Below the pieces are notes generated by a model. That model did no database searches, was not told the origin of the DNA, and worked only from the letters and a program-made list of their open reading frames with translations. DNA of 64,000 nucleotides, from contig OX597819.1 in NCBI GenBank assembly GCA_951406725.2, positions 93,620,001 through 93,684,000 of the forward strand, in the 5' to 3' direction. The stretch comes from Octopus vulgaris (taxonomy: Eukaryota). This document shows positions 50,020 through 61,843 of this stretch, piece after piece (position 1 is the stretch's first letter; every line of letters begins with the position of its first letter). The position numbers were made by a program, and so were the translations under genes.

Positions 50020-50450
50020 AGTGTGTGTATGTGTGTGTGTGTATTGCTCTTATTTTTCCACCTAAAACTTCACCATTGTTTCTCAATCTAATATATTCAG
50101 TGTACGGCTAATTGACTTTTGTTATTTTTCCGGTTTTTTTTCTTATTTATTTTAATTTTTGATTTGTCCATATATATATATATATATATATATATACTCT
50201 GATTAGTTTTAGTCATTGTGGTCATGCTACCACCTTGTCATCAGGACATATTTCAGTGTGATATCTATTTAGTTTATCCATTAAATGCAGACAGTGTTAT
50301 AGTCAACAGTCTTTGCCAGGACAACATAGCTTCTCAAATTACATGCTACACTCAAAAGCTCTCGTTCACACAGCCTTAGCTCCAACATATAACTATCAAA
50401 TTAAAGATCTGCATTATTGAGTATTCATAAATCCCTTGGGTGGTATTTAA

Positions 50451-51143
50451 CCCATTAGCATTTAAGCCAGCCATATCTGGACCAAATATTCTACTGAGTG
50501 GATCTAGTCTCTTATACCTACCCTACAATGTCATTCTAAAAATAGACAATCATCATCATTGAACGTCCGCTTTACATGCTAGCATGGATTGGACGATTTG
50601 ACTGAGGACTGGCAAACCAGATGGCTGCACCAGACTCCAATCTGATCTGGCAGAGTTTCTACAGCTGGATACCCTTCCTAACGCCAACCATGCTGAGAGT
50701 GTAGTGGACTTATATGTGCCACCGGCACGAGGGCCTGTCTGGTGGTATTGGTAACAGCCACACTCAAATGGTATTTTTTTACATGCCACCTGCACAGGAG
50801 TCAGTCCAGCGACGCTGGCAATGACCTCACTCGAATGTTTTGCTCACGTGCCACTGGCACAAGTGCCAGTAAGGCGACGCTGGTAACGATCATACTCAAA
50901 TGGTGCTTTCTACATGCGGCCGGCACGGAAGCCAGACACCTGCTGTGGCAGTGATCCTGCTTGGATGGAGCTGTTAGCGCTCCACTGGCATAGGTGCCAG
51001 TCACTGAATTTGGTTCAATTTCGATTTCACTTGCCCCAATCATATCATCAAACTCTCAAAGTCACAAGATAATGTGTGATGAATTCAAAACAATATGAAT
51101 GAAGAAGCATTACATTTGATAGTGTGATCTGAATACCAAAGGG
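50451..51143. mobile_element. piggyBac-type MITE with a nested family C element (~50552-51037, minus)
   Basis: TTAA at 50447-50450 and 51144-51147; termini cccattagcatt / aataccaaaggg; caatcat repeated around the insert. Confidence 0.82.
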
Positions 51144-52109
51144 TTAAAGGAACTTAATAGAGCTTCAAAGATTGTGACCATTAACGTCTTTACCTATTTT
51201 GTATCATGGAACAAAGAAAATTCTACTTCCTTATTCTACTTTTATATTCTGAAAACTCAAGGACCAAGAATCCAACTAACTTTAAATAACATGCAACATT
51301 ATCTGTAGAGCTAATCTATCTTCCAATGGATCCCATAAATGTATGTTTTGCCTAAGTTCCAGATATAGAAGCAACCAATAGCATCCTTCAACAGAAAAAA
51401 ATAAATTGTTATCTAACCATTAATATCAGAGTACTTTCTGTCTGGAATATTTCCAGGTATCTGAACACTAGATCATATGAAATAAATTATGCAAATCAGA
51501 TCTTACAATCCACATGGAGTAATTTCTTTTGCATATTCTAAAGGTTTTTACAGTTTTTCTTTTACATTGTAGTTCAACCTTTTCTTCCTTGCTTGCAATA
51601 GCTTTGGCCATGTGACCTACTTCAAACAATAAGGACGCTTTTTTTTTTAATACTGTTCTGCTGGGAAATAGTACTTCTGCACACCTGTATTTCACTCATG
51701 CATATAACTCGTAGTAGCAAAAGTGTGATCCATCAGTTTTTGACTTAATATTATAATAAACAGGACTTGCACATTCTCTTTGTTTTACTTTCATGAACTA
51801 TGTCATGGCTGGATCTGCAATTATGATCTACTGAATTATAATAGAAACACAGCAAGGTATATCCTTACTTGAGTTATTGTGATATACACAAACAACAACT
51901 TGAGCTAGCAAGGTTTACTGTGTGTTTCATCTGCATTTTATATCACATTGTGTGTGTGTATGTGTGTATTATTTAAAATTACTTGATTTGACACCATGTC
52001 ACATATAGTTTTGCAGGCCTCTAACAGAAAACTCTCTTTCAGGCTTTAGATTACCAAATATATATATATATATACATATATATATAGATGTGTGTGTGTT
52101 TTTTTCTTT

Positions 52110-52294
52110 TTCTTTTCTTTTACTTCTTTCAGTAATTTAACTATCCATGCTTGAGCACCACCTTTATTTGAAGAAATTGACCCCCGACTTATTCTTTGTA
52201 AACCTAGTACTTATTCTATTGGTCTCTTTTGCCAAGCTATTAAGTTACAGGGATGTAAGCACCCCAACATAAGTTGTCAGACACAGACACACAA

Positions 52295-52363
<69 letters not shown>

Positions 52364-52520
52364 ACAGGCTTCGTTCAGTTTCCTTCCAGCATGTCCACTC
52401 ACAAGGCATTGGTCAGCCCGAGGCTATGGTAGAAGACACTTGCCCAAGGTGCCACACAGTGGGACTGAACTCAGAACCACGTGGTTGGGAAGTAAGCTTT
52501 TTACCACACAGCCACTCTTG
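52110..52520 (-). mobile_element. SINE family B
   Basis: agaagacacttgcccaaggtgccacacagtgggactgaac...ttaccacacagccactc head. Confidence 0.85.
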
Positions 52521-52924
52521 TGTCTATATATGAATATGTGTGTGTGTGTGTGTGTGTACTTTATTGATAAAGTTGCAAAGACATCACAAAAGCATATTAC
52601 TCTACCTCTGGTGTTCGAGTGCTATTTTTGTCACCTTATTTCACATTTATGTGCTTATTCTGGTACATATATATATATATCACCAACCACATACACTTAA
52701 TGTATATGCTTCATGTATTTGCCAGTGGGTTGCAATTTGGCATGGTGGCCAAATTCTCTCTCAGAGAATGTCATGGACAGGCAAGATAACTCACCTCTAA
52801 TCTCATCTAGGCGTGATAGACATCGATGTTTCTCCATTTTTGCGGTTTATCAATATCATGTACCCAAACAGGATCAGAAATGAATCACTTTGCCAGTCCA
52901 TGACTTATATGCATATAGCGTGCA

Positions 52925-52989
<65 letters not shown>

Positions 52990-53333
52990 TGGTTCAATAT
53001 TTATTTTTGTATGAATATTTAAAGCCTGACATTAGAAATGGTTCATCATTGTCTACACTAATCACAGTTTCATTAATAGGTCCCTGCTTCCTCTCCAATA
53101 TAAATTGAGAGAAGGGAATATCTGTCAATGTATATTATTATTTATTTGATGATTCTCATCTATTCTTCATGTAACTGAAACTCAATCTAGCTTTTGCAGT
53201 CATTTCCTCTTCCAGAAGAAATCTGATTTTTCTTTTTGTTTTTTATTTTTTTGTCAGCATTTTTTTAACCCCTTTTTTTTTATATAATCTGTTATTGTGT
53301 TTATGTACTTTCAGTCTCAAGGGCATGATACGT

Positions 53334-53378
<45 letters not shown>

Positions 53379-53574
53379 ATATACAGATGCTGATTAGTTG
53401 GCTGAACAAGTGAATACAAGCATTTACTACAGGTGGATTTGTTGATAAAAGGATATATTAATTTTGTATGTATTAGTAGTTTTGTATGAAATAGGTTGGC
53501 ACTTCCTTTATTATTATTATCATTATTATCATCATCATTATTATTATTATTATTATTGTTGTTATCATTATTAT

Positions 53575-53726
53575 TGAGTGAGAGAGCAGTGCATGCCATC
53601 AAAGGGACACTGGGTAAAATATACAGAGCTCAATATACCCATCATGACTACTCGTCTGATAAAGGTATGCTGGGCTCATGCATCACTACTATGTGTGCGC
53701 AACATGGTGATCTCATATTGAGATAA
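53575..53726 (-). mobile_element. family D element, truncated, abutting (TTA)n
   Basis: gagagagcagtgcatgccatcaaa...ctgataa matches 22401 onward. Confidence 0.8.
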
Positions 53727-54454
53727 ACTGGAGCTTAACATACTTTTCTGGCCTTCCCACTTTTGTTAAATTCTCTAATCTATGCCAACATGGAAGATGG
53801 ACGCAAAATTGAAATGATGATGATGATGATGAGGATGATGATGATTAAAGGTAGTGTATGGATTGGTAGAGTCATTAGAGCATCAGCCAATGCACATGCA
53901 GTATTTAGTTACGAGCTTTTAGTTTTCAATTCAAATCTGTCTTATGTCTGTTTTTGCCTCTTTTCCTTTCACTTTATTGCTTTGGCAGCCTTTCTAGCCA
54001 TGAGCAGATATGGACACACTCTCAGTCCTACAAGCATTGACTGAGTAAAACATCCAGGCTGAATAACTGAAAGAAGGAAAGAGGTTCACGAGCAATCATC
54101 TGGCACTCATTTCAGTAAATTGGCGCAACAGGAAATGTTGGACCTTACTCAAGAAAACAACACACTACTTAGTTCAGGAATCGAACTCTTTATGATCATG
54201 AATCAGTCAACCTCACCACAAAGCTACATCTTATCCCATTCTCTAATAACTATGCCCTTCTATGCTGGCCTCTAACATTTCTTTCTTTCAATATATAGTG
54301 TATAACAGTTTATATCATTCAAAGCATAATTTATGATAGCTATATCCTTGATTATGTACTTCTGCAGTTAGCATCTGTGTACTTTCAGAGAGTTTACAAT
54401 TCCTATCTTTCATAAATTTATCTTTATCACTTTAAAGTATTGTTTTCACAATAG

Positions 54455-54575
54455 TATGTCAACTAGTTCACCCTGTTTCATAAGAGCAATGTTGACTAGT
54501 TCACTACAGTTCATGATAATATATTGACTAGTTCACTGTTTTACACAGTATGTTGATATCATGTTGACTAGTTAT
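54455..54575. repeat. degenerate ~33-bp minisatellite with an actagttca core (4 copies)
   Basis: (ttg)actagtt(cac) recurs four times. Confidence 0.7.
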
Positions 54576-55479
54576 TCAGAATCTTTAAAGTACCCATTCA
54601 TCTTTCAGAAAGTCTAATTTTACTTTTCTCATTACCTGCTTGTCTTTTAATATATTGAACTGTCTCCAAATTTTTAAACAGGAGCTTCTTTTAATAGTTA
54701 GCCAAGGTAATGGCTTCTCAGCTGAATAAACCACAAATTAATGCTGTCCAACACACATACATATAAATAGGTGTGCATGTGTGTGTGTATACAAAAGATA
54801 GTAGGAATGGAAAATAGATGCACAGAATTATTACATTGCAGAATGAAGCAATCTTACAGCGCCACATCAAATCTGAAATAATGCTAGTTAAAAAGAATAT
54901 TTCAAGACTAAAAATATAGTCTCTTGGTATATATATATATATATATTCTAAATGCCAGTCAAATAACCATTCACATAGAAGAAATATGTGCTTATTTAAA
55001 TAATTTCATGCATGTGATGGTATCTGCGCATGAGTAAATCTTGTTCTGTGTTTGTATGCAGAGCTAATGTAAGTAATAAATATGTTTATATTATATGCAT
55101 GTGTGTCTGCACACATACAAACATATACATATATAGATATATGCACACAAACACACACATAAATATATATATGCATATAACAACAGATGAGTAATGTGTC
55201 AATTCACTACAGCTGTTTCCAACAAACTTTTAATTGATTAATGGAGACATTACATCATTAGAACCGCTTTCATCATGTGAATATATACACACACACACAT
55301 ATATATTTATACACACACTCACATGTATGCATGTTTGTATGTATGTGATGTATGTGTTTATATTGGTCTTGAGTTCACTCACTTTAAGCAAGTGTCTTCA
55401 ATTATTGTGCCAGACAGACCAAAACCTTGTGAATGATTTAGATAGAAATTGAAAATAAACTTGTTGTGCACATGTATAT

Positions 55480-55513
<34 letters not shown>

Positions 55514-55909
55514 GCGTGTGTGTGTGTGTGTATCCTTTATTATGAAATCTGGGTTTGAGTGTTCCACAAAGGACGTATATAAAACAAATCAAAATATGAG
55601 AAATTGTTTATAAGATATGTAGATGCACCACCTTACATATGTTTCATTAACTTAAGGTGATTTTCAGTTACATAATGCATATTACATAACAAAGACAAAT
55701 TGTCCAATGTTACTACTTGTTTTAGGCACCTATGTAGTCACAGATAAACATAGACATATTCTTCACCCCTTCAAACTTGAACCGGCTGAACATCCAGGAT
55801 GTGACACCTGGAGGGGGAGTTTGTTGCACCTGCACCATGTCTTTTACTCATTCACACAAAACCATGCACCAAGGAATTGGGGGTGTTACGCTCATGGTCA
55901 TAATTTACA

Positions 55910-56220
55910 GACATAGCTGTATGGTAAGAAGTTTGCTTCCCAAGTAAATGGCTCCAGGTTCAATCTCATTGCATGGCACCTTGGGCAAGTATCTTCTACT
56001 ACAAGCTCAGGCTGGTCAATGCCTTGTGAGTGGATTCAGTAAACAAAAACTGAAGGAAGCCCATCACACAGACACACACACAATATATACATATGTGTAT
56101 ATATGTATGTATATATATCTGTGTGTGTGTGTCTTTGAGTCTGTGTTTGTTTCCCACCACTTCTTGACAAGTGGTGTTGGTATGTTTATGCCTCCATAAC
56201 CTAGCAGGTCAGCTAAAGAG
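55910..56220 (+). mobile_element. SINE family B
   Basis: gctgtatggtaagaagtttgc head and ggcaccttgggcaagt core. Confidence 0.8.
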
Positions 56221-56258
56221 TGGATTTTCCTCACATATTTCCTTATTTATATATATAA

Positions 56259-56298
<40 letters not shown>

Positions 56299-56372
56299 AT
56301 ATGTATACATGACGTCATGATAGATCGTTAGCCACTACACACACTTTTTCTCTCCTTGTTTTTTCTGTGTAC

Positions 56373-56408
56373 CTTTCTGTAGAAGAGCATAGGCTCGAAA
56401 CGTAAAAG
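56373..56408 (+). ncRNA. hammerhead-like motif with A6U core (best-preserved copy; element ~56314-56503)
   Basis: CTTT-CTGTAGA-A-GAGC-atag-GCTC-GAAA-CGT-A-AAAG: all three stems intact. Confidence 0.65.
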
Positions 56409-56734
56409 ACTTTTTCTATTCCTGAGCATTATACTAATACATCTGTTTGTTTTGTTCACCACCTGACTTCGTCTTTTGTTTTTTTTTTCATAAACTCTCC
56501 CTATATATATATATATATATATACCAGTGGTTTTCATGTTCAAAATCTTTGCTACTGTCATCCTCCAAACTTTCGTTTTTTGTACACATGCATACACACA
56601 CACACAAACGCATGCACACACACACACAAGCACATATGTGCATTAAGTCATTATATCAGCAAACGACAGTTGAAATGCTGCTAATTTATGTTTGGATATT
56701 AAACGACACTTACATAAGATCTTCGCTCTCTACA

Positions 56735-56900
56735 TTCATAACTTTTCTCCAATGTTCTCAGATCTGTGCTGTCTTTTCTGCTTTTCTCCAGTTGGATCCC
56801 TGCTTCCTTGCTGCACCCTTTCAGATTTTACTGCCCCACATTGTATCATAACCATTTGCTTACAGTTGGTGGTCCATCGAATTTGAAGATGACCCTCTTC
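56735..56900 (-). mobile_element. RTE-like LINE 3' fragment
   Basis: Homologous to 62820-62940 (ttggatccctgc...tttcagattt). Confidence 0.55.
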
Positions 56901-56922
56901 TTCATTTATAGGTTATTTAGTA

Positions 56923-57460
56923 AAGGCACATGGCTTAGTGGTTAAGATACTTGGTTCATGATTGTAAGATCAGTTCTATTCCTGGCAGTGCATTGCATCC
57001 TTGAGTAAGATACTTTATTTCACATTGCTCAAGTCACTCAGCAAGCAAAGCATAAGTAGCACTTGTATTTCAAAGAGCCAACCTTGTAACATTCTGTGTC
57101 ATGCTGGATCTCTCTGAAAGCTAGATTAAGAAACATTATCACGCCGGGCGAAATGCGTAGACGTATTTCATCTGCCATTACGTTCTAAGTTCAAATTCCG
57201 CCGAGGTTGGCTTTGCTTTTCATCCTTTCGGGGGCGATAAACTAAGTACCAGTTATGCACTGGGGTCGATGTAATCGACTTAATCCATTTGTCTGTCTTT
57301 GTTTGTCCCCTCTGTGTTTAGCCCCTTGTGGGTAGTAAAGAAATAGAAATAGGTATACATGTCTGTGGAGTACTCAACCACTTGCATGTTAATTTCAAGA
57401 GCAGGCTGTTCTGTTGATCAGATCAACTGGAACCCTTATTGTTGTAACCAATGGAGTGCC
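56923..57460 (+). mobile_element. SINE family E with a nested younger family A copy (~57133-57347)
   Basis: E sequence breaks after ...gattaag and resumes at ggtatacatgtctgtgg; the insert retains CpGs. Confidence 0.85.
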
Positions 57461-57765
57461 AGTTTTTGTAGATCATTTGATGAGTGCATGTCCGAATCCT
57501 TGATATGCAGGTTCAATTTGCAGAGGAAACACGTTAATGTTTTGAATGATGAACATTAGGGGTAACTTTGCTTCTTTGTCACTTTTTCCCATTTCTCCTA
57601 GTAGTGCTGAAAGTATTGCTCTTCTATGTTTTCTGTTTTGCTTCAGCAGTGAAAATGCAAAAGAGAATGGCTGGTAGCAATGTTGTTTCTCTGTCTTTAT
57701 TTAAATCTAATTGCGTACGCACATACTCTCCTTCTCTCTTACTCTATCTATCTGTCTACTAATCA

Positions 57766-57798
<33 letters not shown>

Positions 57799-58508
57799 AC
57801 CCTTTCTCTTTCTTCCCCCCTCTCTCTCTCACTCTCTTTCATACACACTTACATAGTCTCCAAATACTTTTTCTTCTACCACTGAATTAATAACTGAGAG
57901 GTTGAAATAAAGTTATTCTACTATATATTTTAGCTGACCTATCATAGTCAATCTATTACCTGACACATCTAGGTATTTATTTGACCCTCCATCAATCTAA
58001 TAGTTTCGTCTCTTGTTCTTTCTGCCTTTTCTTCTGCACAAACAACCATTCTCAAGAATGTTTATCTTAAAGAAAAATAGTAAAACAAAGAAACACGAAA
58101 TCATTACATCTACTAACAATGTTTATTGAGAGCTCTTAGCTTTGTTTTATTTTATAGGAAAGCAATTTAATATTGCAAAATCTATTAATGTCAGTAAACT
58201 GTATTATGTACATTATATTAATATTAACAAACTTTTCTGGAACATTTTCTACTTTATTAAATTTCAAAAATGTGATGCTTTAAAAAAAAATCTATATTTT
58301 GGAAGATATTTGGTGACTTTCTGCTAGAGGGTATTGAACTAATTGATCATAGAGAATTGAATGTATATAGACACCAAAATGAGAATTATTAGCAATGTCT
58401 TCTATTGACTCACATCAGGTTAGTACCACTGCATGATACCTTGAGCAAAACCATCTGTGATGGCCTCAGGTTAACCAATGCCTTGTGAGTATATTTGCAG
58501 GTTGAAAT

Positions 58509-58548
<40 letters not shown>

Positions 58549-58549
<1 letters not shown>

Positions 58550-58780
58550 TTTATTTAAAAGCAGCAGAAATATAACAAAAGCTGTTACTCAGAGTTTCAC
58601 GTTCCCATTCGTCAGACAGTTTTGTTAAAAAAAAAAAAACTGCCCAACAAACGGGAATGTGAAACTCTGAGTAACAGCTTTTGTTATATTTCTGCTGCTT
58701 TTAAATAAAGCATATTACTCTACCTCTGGTATTTGAGTACTCTTTTTTTCCACCTTGTTTCACATTTATGTGCTTACTCT

Positions 58781-58782
<2 letters not shown>
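58549..58782. mobile_element. inverted Penelope-like element: 162-bp palindrome (58549-58710) plus a one-sided tail, inserted in the TA tract of a family B SINE
   Basis: ctttatttaaaagcagcagaaatataacaaaagctgttactcagagtttcac is mirrored exactly on the right arm; the tail is homologous to ~52590-52665. Confidence 0.85.
58582..58619 (-). ncRNA. type I hammerhead ribozyme with canonical core
   Basis: Minus strand CTGT-CTGACGA-ATG-ggaa-CGT-GAAA-CTC-t-GAG-T-A-ACAG: stem I CUGU/ACAG, short stem II, near-palindromic stem III. Confidence 0.75.
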
Positions 58783-58825
<43 letters not shown>

Positions 58826-60119
58826 GTGTATGTGTATGTGTCTTTGTATTTGTCAGAGAATGTCATGGACAGGCACTTGACAACAGGTGTTGGTTTGTTA
58901 GTGTTCCCATAACTTAGTAGTTTGGCAAAAGAAACTGACAGAATAAGCATCAGACTTAAAAAAAAGAGATTTTGCTGCTCTTTCTAACAAATTGACTGAC
59001 CATGTAGAGGATCTCTTGTTGGCTTGACTTTCCAGTATTGTTGTTGTTGTTATTGTTGTTGCTGTCGTTTAGTCACAGGTTAGTCCCAGTTTTGAGCAGT
59101 GCTATGATCAAAGGAATTCTAGACAAGACCATCATCCAGTCTTATCAGGGACTACATTATCTGTTTTAAGGGTGTGACTTGAGAGAGATTTATTTACTTT
59201 ATATCATAGTTTGCGAACAACAGTTTCATTGGTTTCAGGTTTCCAACTGGCAAATCACTGGCTCGCTGCATTTCTGATGGAGAGACTAACAAAGGAGTGT
59301 CTGCTAACTTAGCTTATCTCATTGAACTTCATTCTTAAAGCAAAAGATAAACATGCATATATGCATAGAAATACACACAAACACACACACACACATGCAC
59401 ATGCATGCACACACATATTAAAATCGATGGAAGTTCACTGTACTCTGTTTATCGATTTTACTAAATAATACAAGTCTTGCTGACGCAGACTAGCATCAAT
59501 CTCTTTGGAGTAGTCTGTTTGATCGTATATATGTAGTTGGGTGTTTGTGCATTTAGGGGGAAGACTGACACACAAGTACGTGCACACACACATGCACAAC
59601 ACACAACTATGTACAAAAGTGCAGCCGTCACTCGCAAGTGACTAGTACTTGATAGTATATACATACAGGTATACACATACAGGTATGCACATATACATGT
59701 ACAAATACATGGATACACATACATAGATACATACAGGTCATTCCAGTGAAATTCAACAAGGATCCGTCGTGAAGGTTCTTAAATATTCTTCAGATTTACA
59801 CCATTTGTTGGTATCCATGAGAAGAGTAATTCATGAAAATTTTAGTTCCATAGCTGTTACCGGTCAGATTTTTTGGCCATTTATAGTTTTAGGCAATTTC
59901 CAAAATTATTGAAATATTGAATTTTTTTGTATTTTTAGGGGCCCATCATTACAAATGGGTTCAATATCATATCTTGGAAAGTATGTTTCTTTAATCTCCT
60001 CTATCTCAAGTGTCTCATGTATTAAAGATTAATTCTTTTAACTCAGCCAATGTAGAAAAAAACGCCAACCAAAAACTAAAAAGATTTACATCCTGGAGGC
60101 TATTTTTAAAATATCAAGT

Positions 60120-60393
60120 TAGGTGTAGGAGTGGCTGTGTGGTAAGTAGTTTGTTTACTAACCACATTGTTCCAGGTTCAGTCCCACTGCGTGGCACCTT
60201 CAGCAAGTGTCTTTCACTATAGCCTCAGTGTGTTTATATGCTGGTGTGTTTACGTCATCATAACTTAGCGGTTCAGCAAAAGAATAATTACTAGGCTTAC
60301 AAAGAATAAGTCTTGGGCTCGAATTGCTCGACTAAAGGCAGTGCTCCAGCATGGCCACAGTCAAATGACTGAAACCAGTAAAAGAGTAAAGAG
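60120..60393 (+). mobile_element. SINE family B with an internal deletion
   Basis: ggagtggctgtgtggtaagtag head, aggttcagtcccactgcg, gactgaaaccagtaaaagag tail. Confidence 0.85.
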
Positions 60394-61801
60394 TTTATGT
60401 GTATACACATATTTCTGATTGCCTCATTTTGTCAGACGATAGCCATTTCATATTCAGATAGTGAAACATCTGTACATCATTGGATTTAAGTGACAAAAGC
60501 TTGTATACCAATTTTGCTACTCTCTCAGTCACCATAGTAGGTTCCAGTGGCAAGCATTGCATGATGACAGAAACCATTTTGATGGTAAGTTTTAGGTCAG
60601 AATATCTTTTTCCTAAGAGAGCTGCCTTCCCCAGCAGCTTTGTCAAAAATATCAGGAGTCTCTTCTTCCCCTGGGAAATTTATTTAACTCATAGATAGTA
60701 CCCTAATAAGTAGTACCATTCCAGATCAGAATGAACCTTAGAGTAATAGTATGTAAGGAGTGACTCCATGCTCCCCACGACTCCAGAACTCCTAAACTAC
60801 ATATTGACATCATTGCTTTTTCATGCTTGCATGGGTTACACAAGACAATGTTGGGGCAGAGTTTTCTATGGATGGATAACCTCACCTATTTCAAAGTCAA
60901 GTAATAATTCTCCTGATCTTATAAATAACAAACAATCTGATCATAACTATGGAAAGAACTGGACATAAGTGATGGGTTTCCATTCACAAGATAATAGTCA
61001 ACCCACTGCTTATGATAGTAAACATACACTGAAAATATAGTGACACAGTGGGTTCAAACTCAGAACCATGTAACTGTAAAACAAACTTCTTAATCACTCA
61101 ACCATGACCAAGTAAATTTTGCTGTTGTTTCTAGCAAAGCAGAGCTTATGTCATTGGTTCGAATGACATGCAAATTCATGAAACACACCAGTTATTTTTT
61201 GTTTTTTGTTGTTGTTTCCTTCCCAGAAAAGTCCCCAAGAGTATAACAGATGCTGTAACAATTCATACAATCATCAATAATAGACACTGATGTTAAAAAA
61301 TATTTCTTAAAAAATCAGTTTTAATATACTTGAATAATAGTGAATATACAATCAAGGAAAGAAGTTTTTTTATTATTTTCAAAATTAGTCTTTTAAGAAA
61401 TTAAAATTGCTTTTGCTTAATGGAAGCTATGTGTATATACATATATATACTATACATACACACATATACACATGTGTATGTGTGTGTGTGTGTGCATGCA
61501 TGCGTTGCTTGTGTGTGTGCACGCATTGCTTGTGTGTATAGATATAGATAGACACACATTTTTTTCATACACGTACATGAAGCATGCATAGACATACACA
61601 GAAATAAATTTAGACTCACAGACCCATGCACATACAGACACAAAACTGATATCACATTTTTTGAAGAAATTTTGAAGAATTTTATTCTTGGGAAAGAACC
61701 TTACTTTATCATTTGTAACTAAGTGAATAAGCTTTTAAGATAATAGTTACTATGGATATGGCTGTATATTTATTTATTTATTCATAATCCATGCAACAGT
61801 G

Positions 61802-61843
<42 letters not shown>

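Noticed and set aside
13640-50111. Numerous [12 protein letters not shown]-rich ORFs
   Set aside because: Stop-free frames of (TA)n, (TG)n and (TATG)n tracts.
54455-54575. Regularly spaced palindromic actagt repeats, superficially CRISPR-like
   Set aside because: Spacers resemble one another, the context is eukaryotic and there are no cas genes; a degenerate minisatellite.
4255-60393. Apparent switch of family B SINE orientation from mostly minus to mostly plus near 42 kb
   Set aside because: Small numbers and exceptions on both sides (plus copy ~11200, minus copies ~52110 and ~61020).
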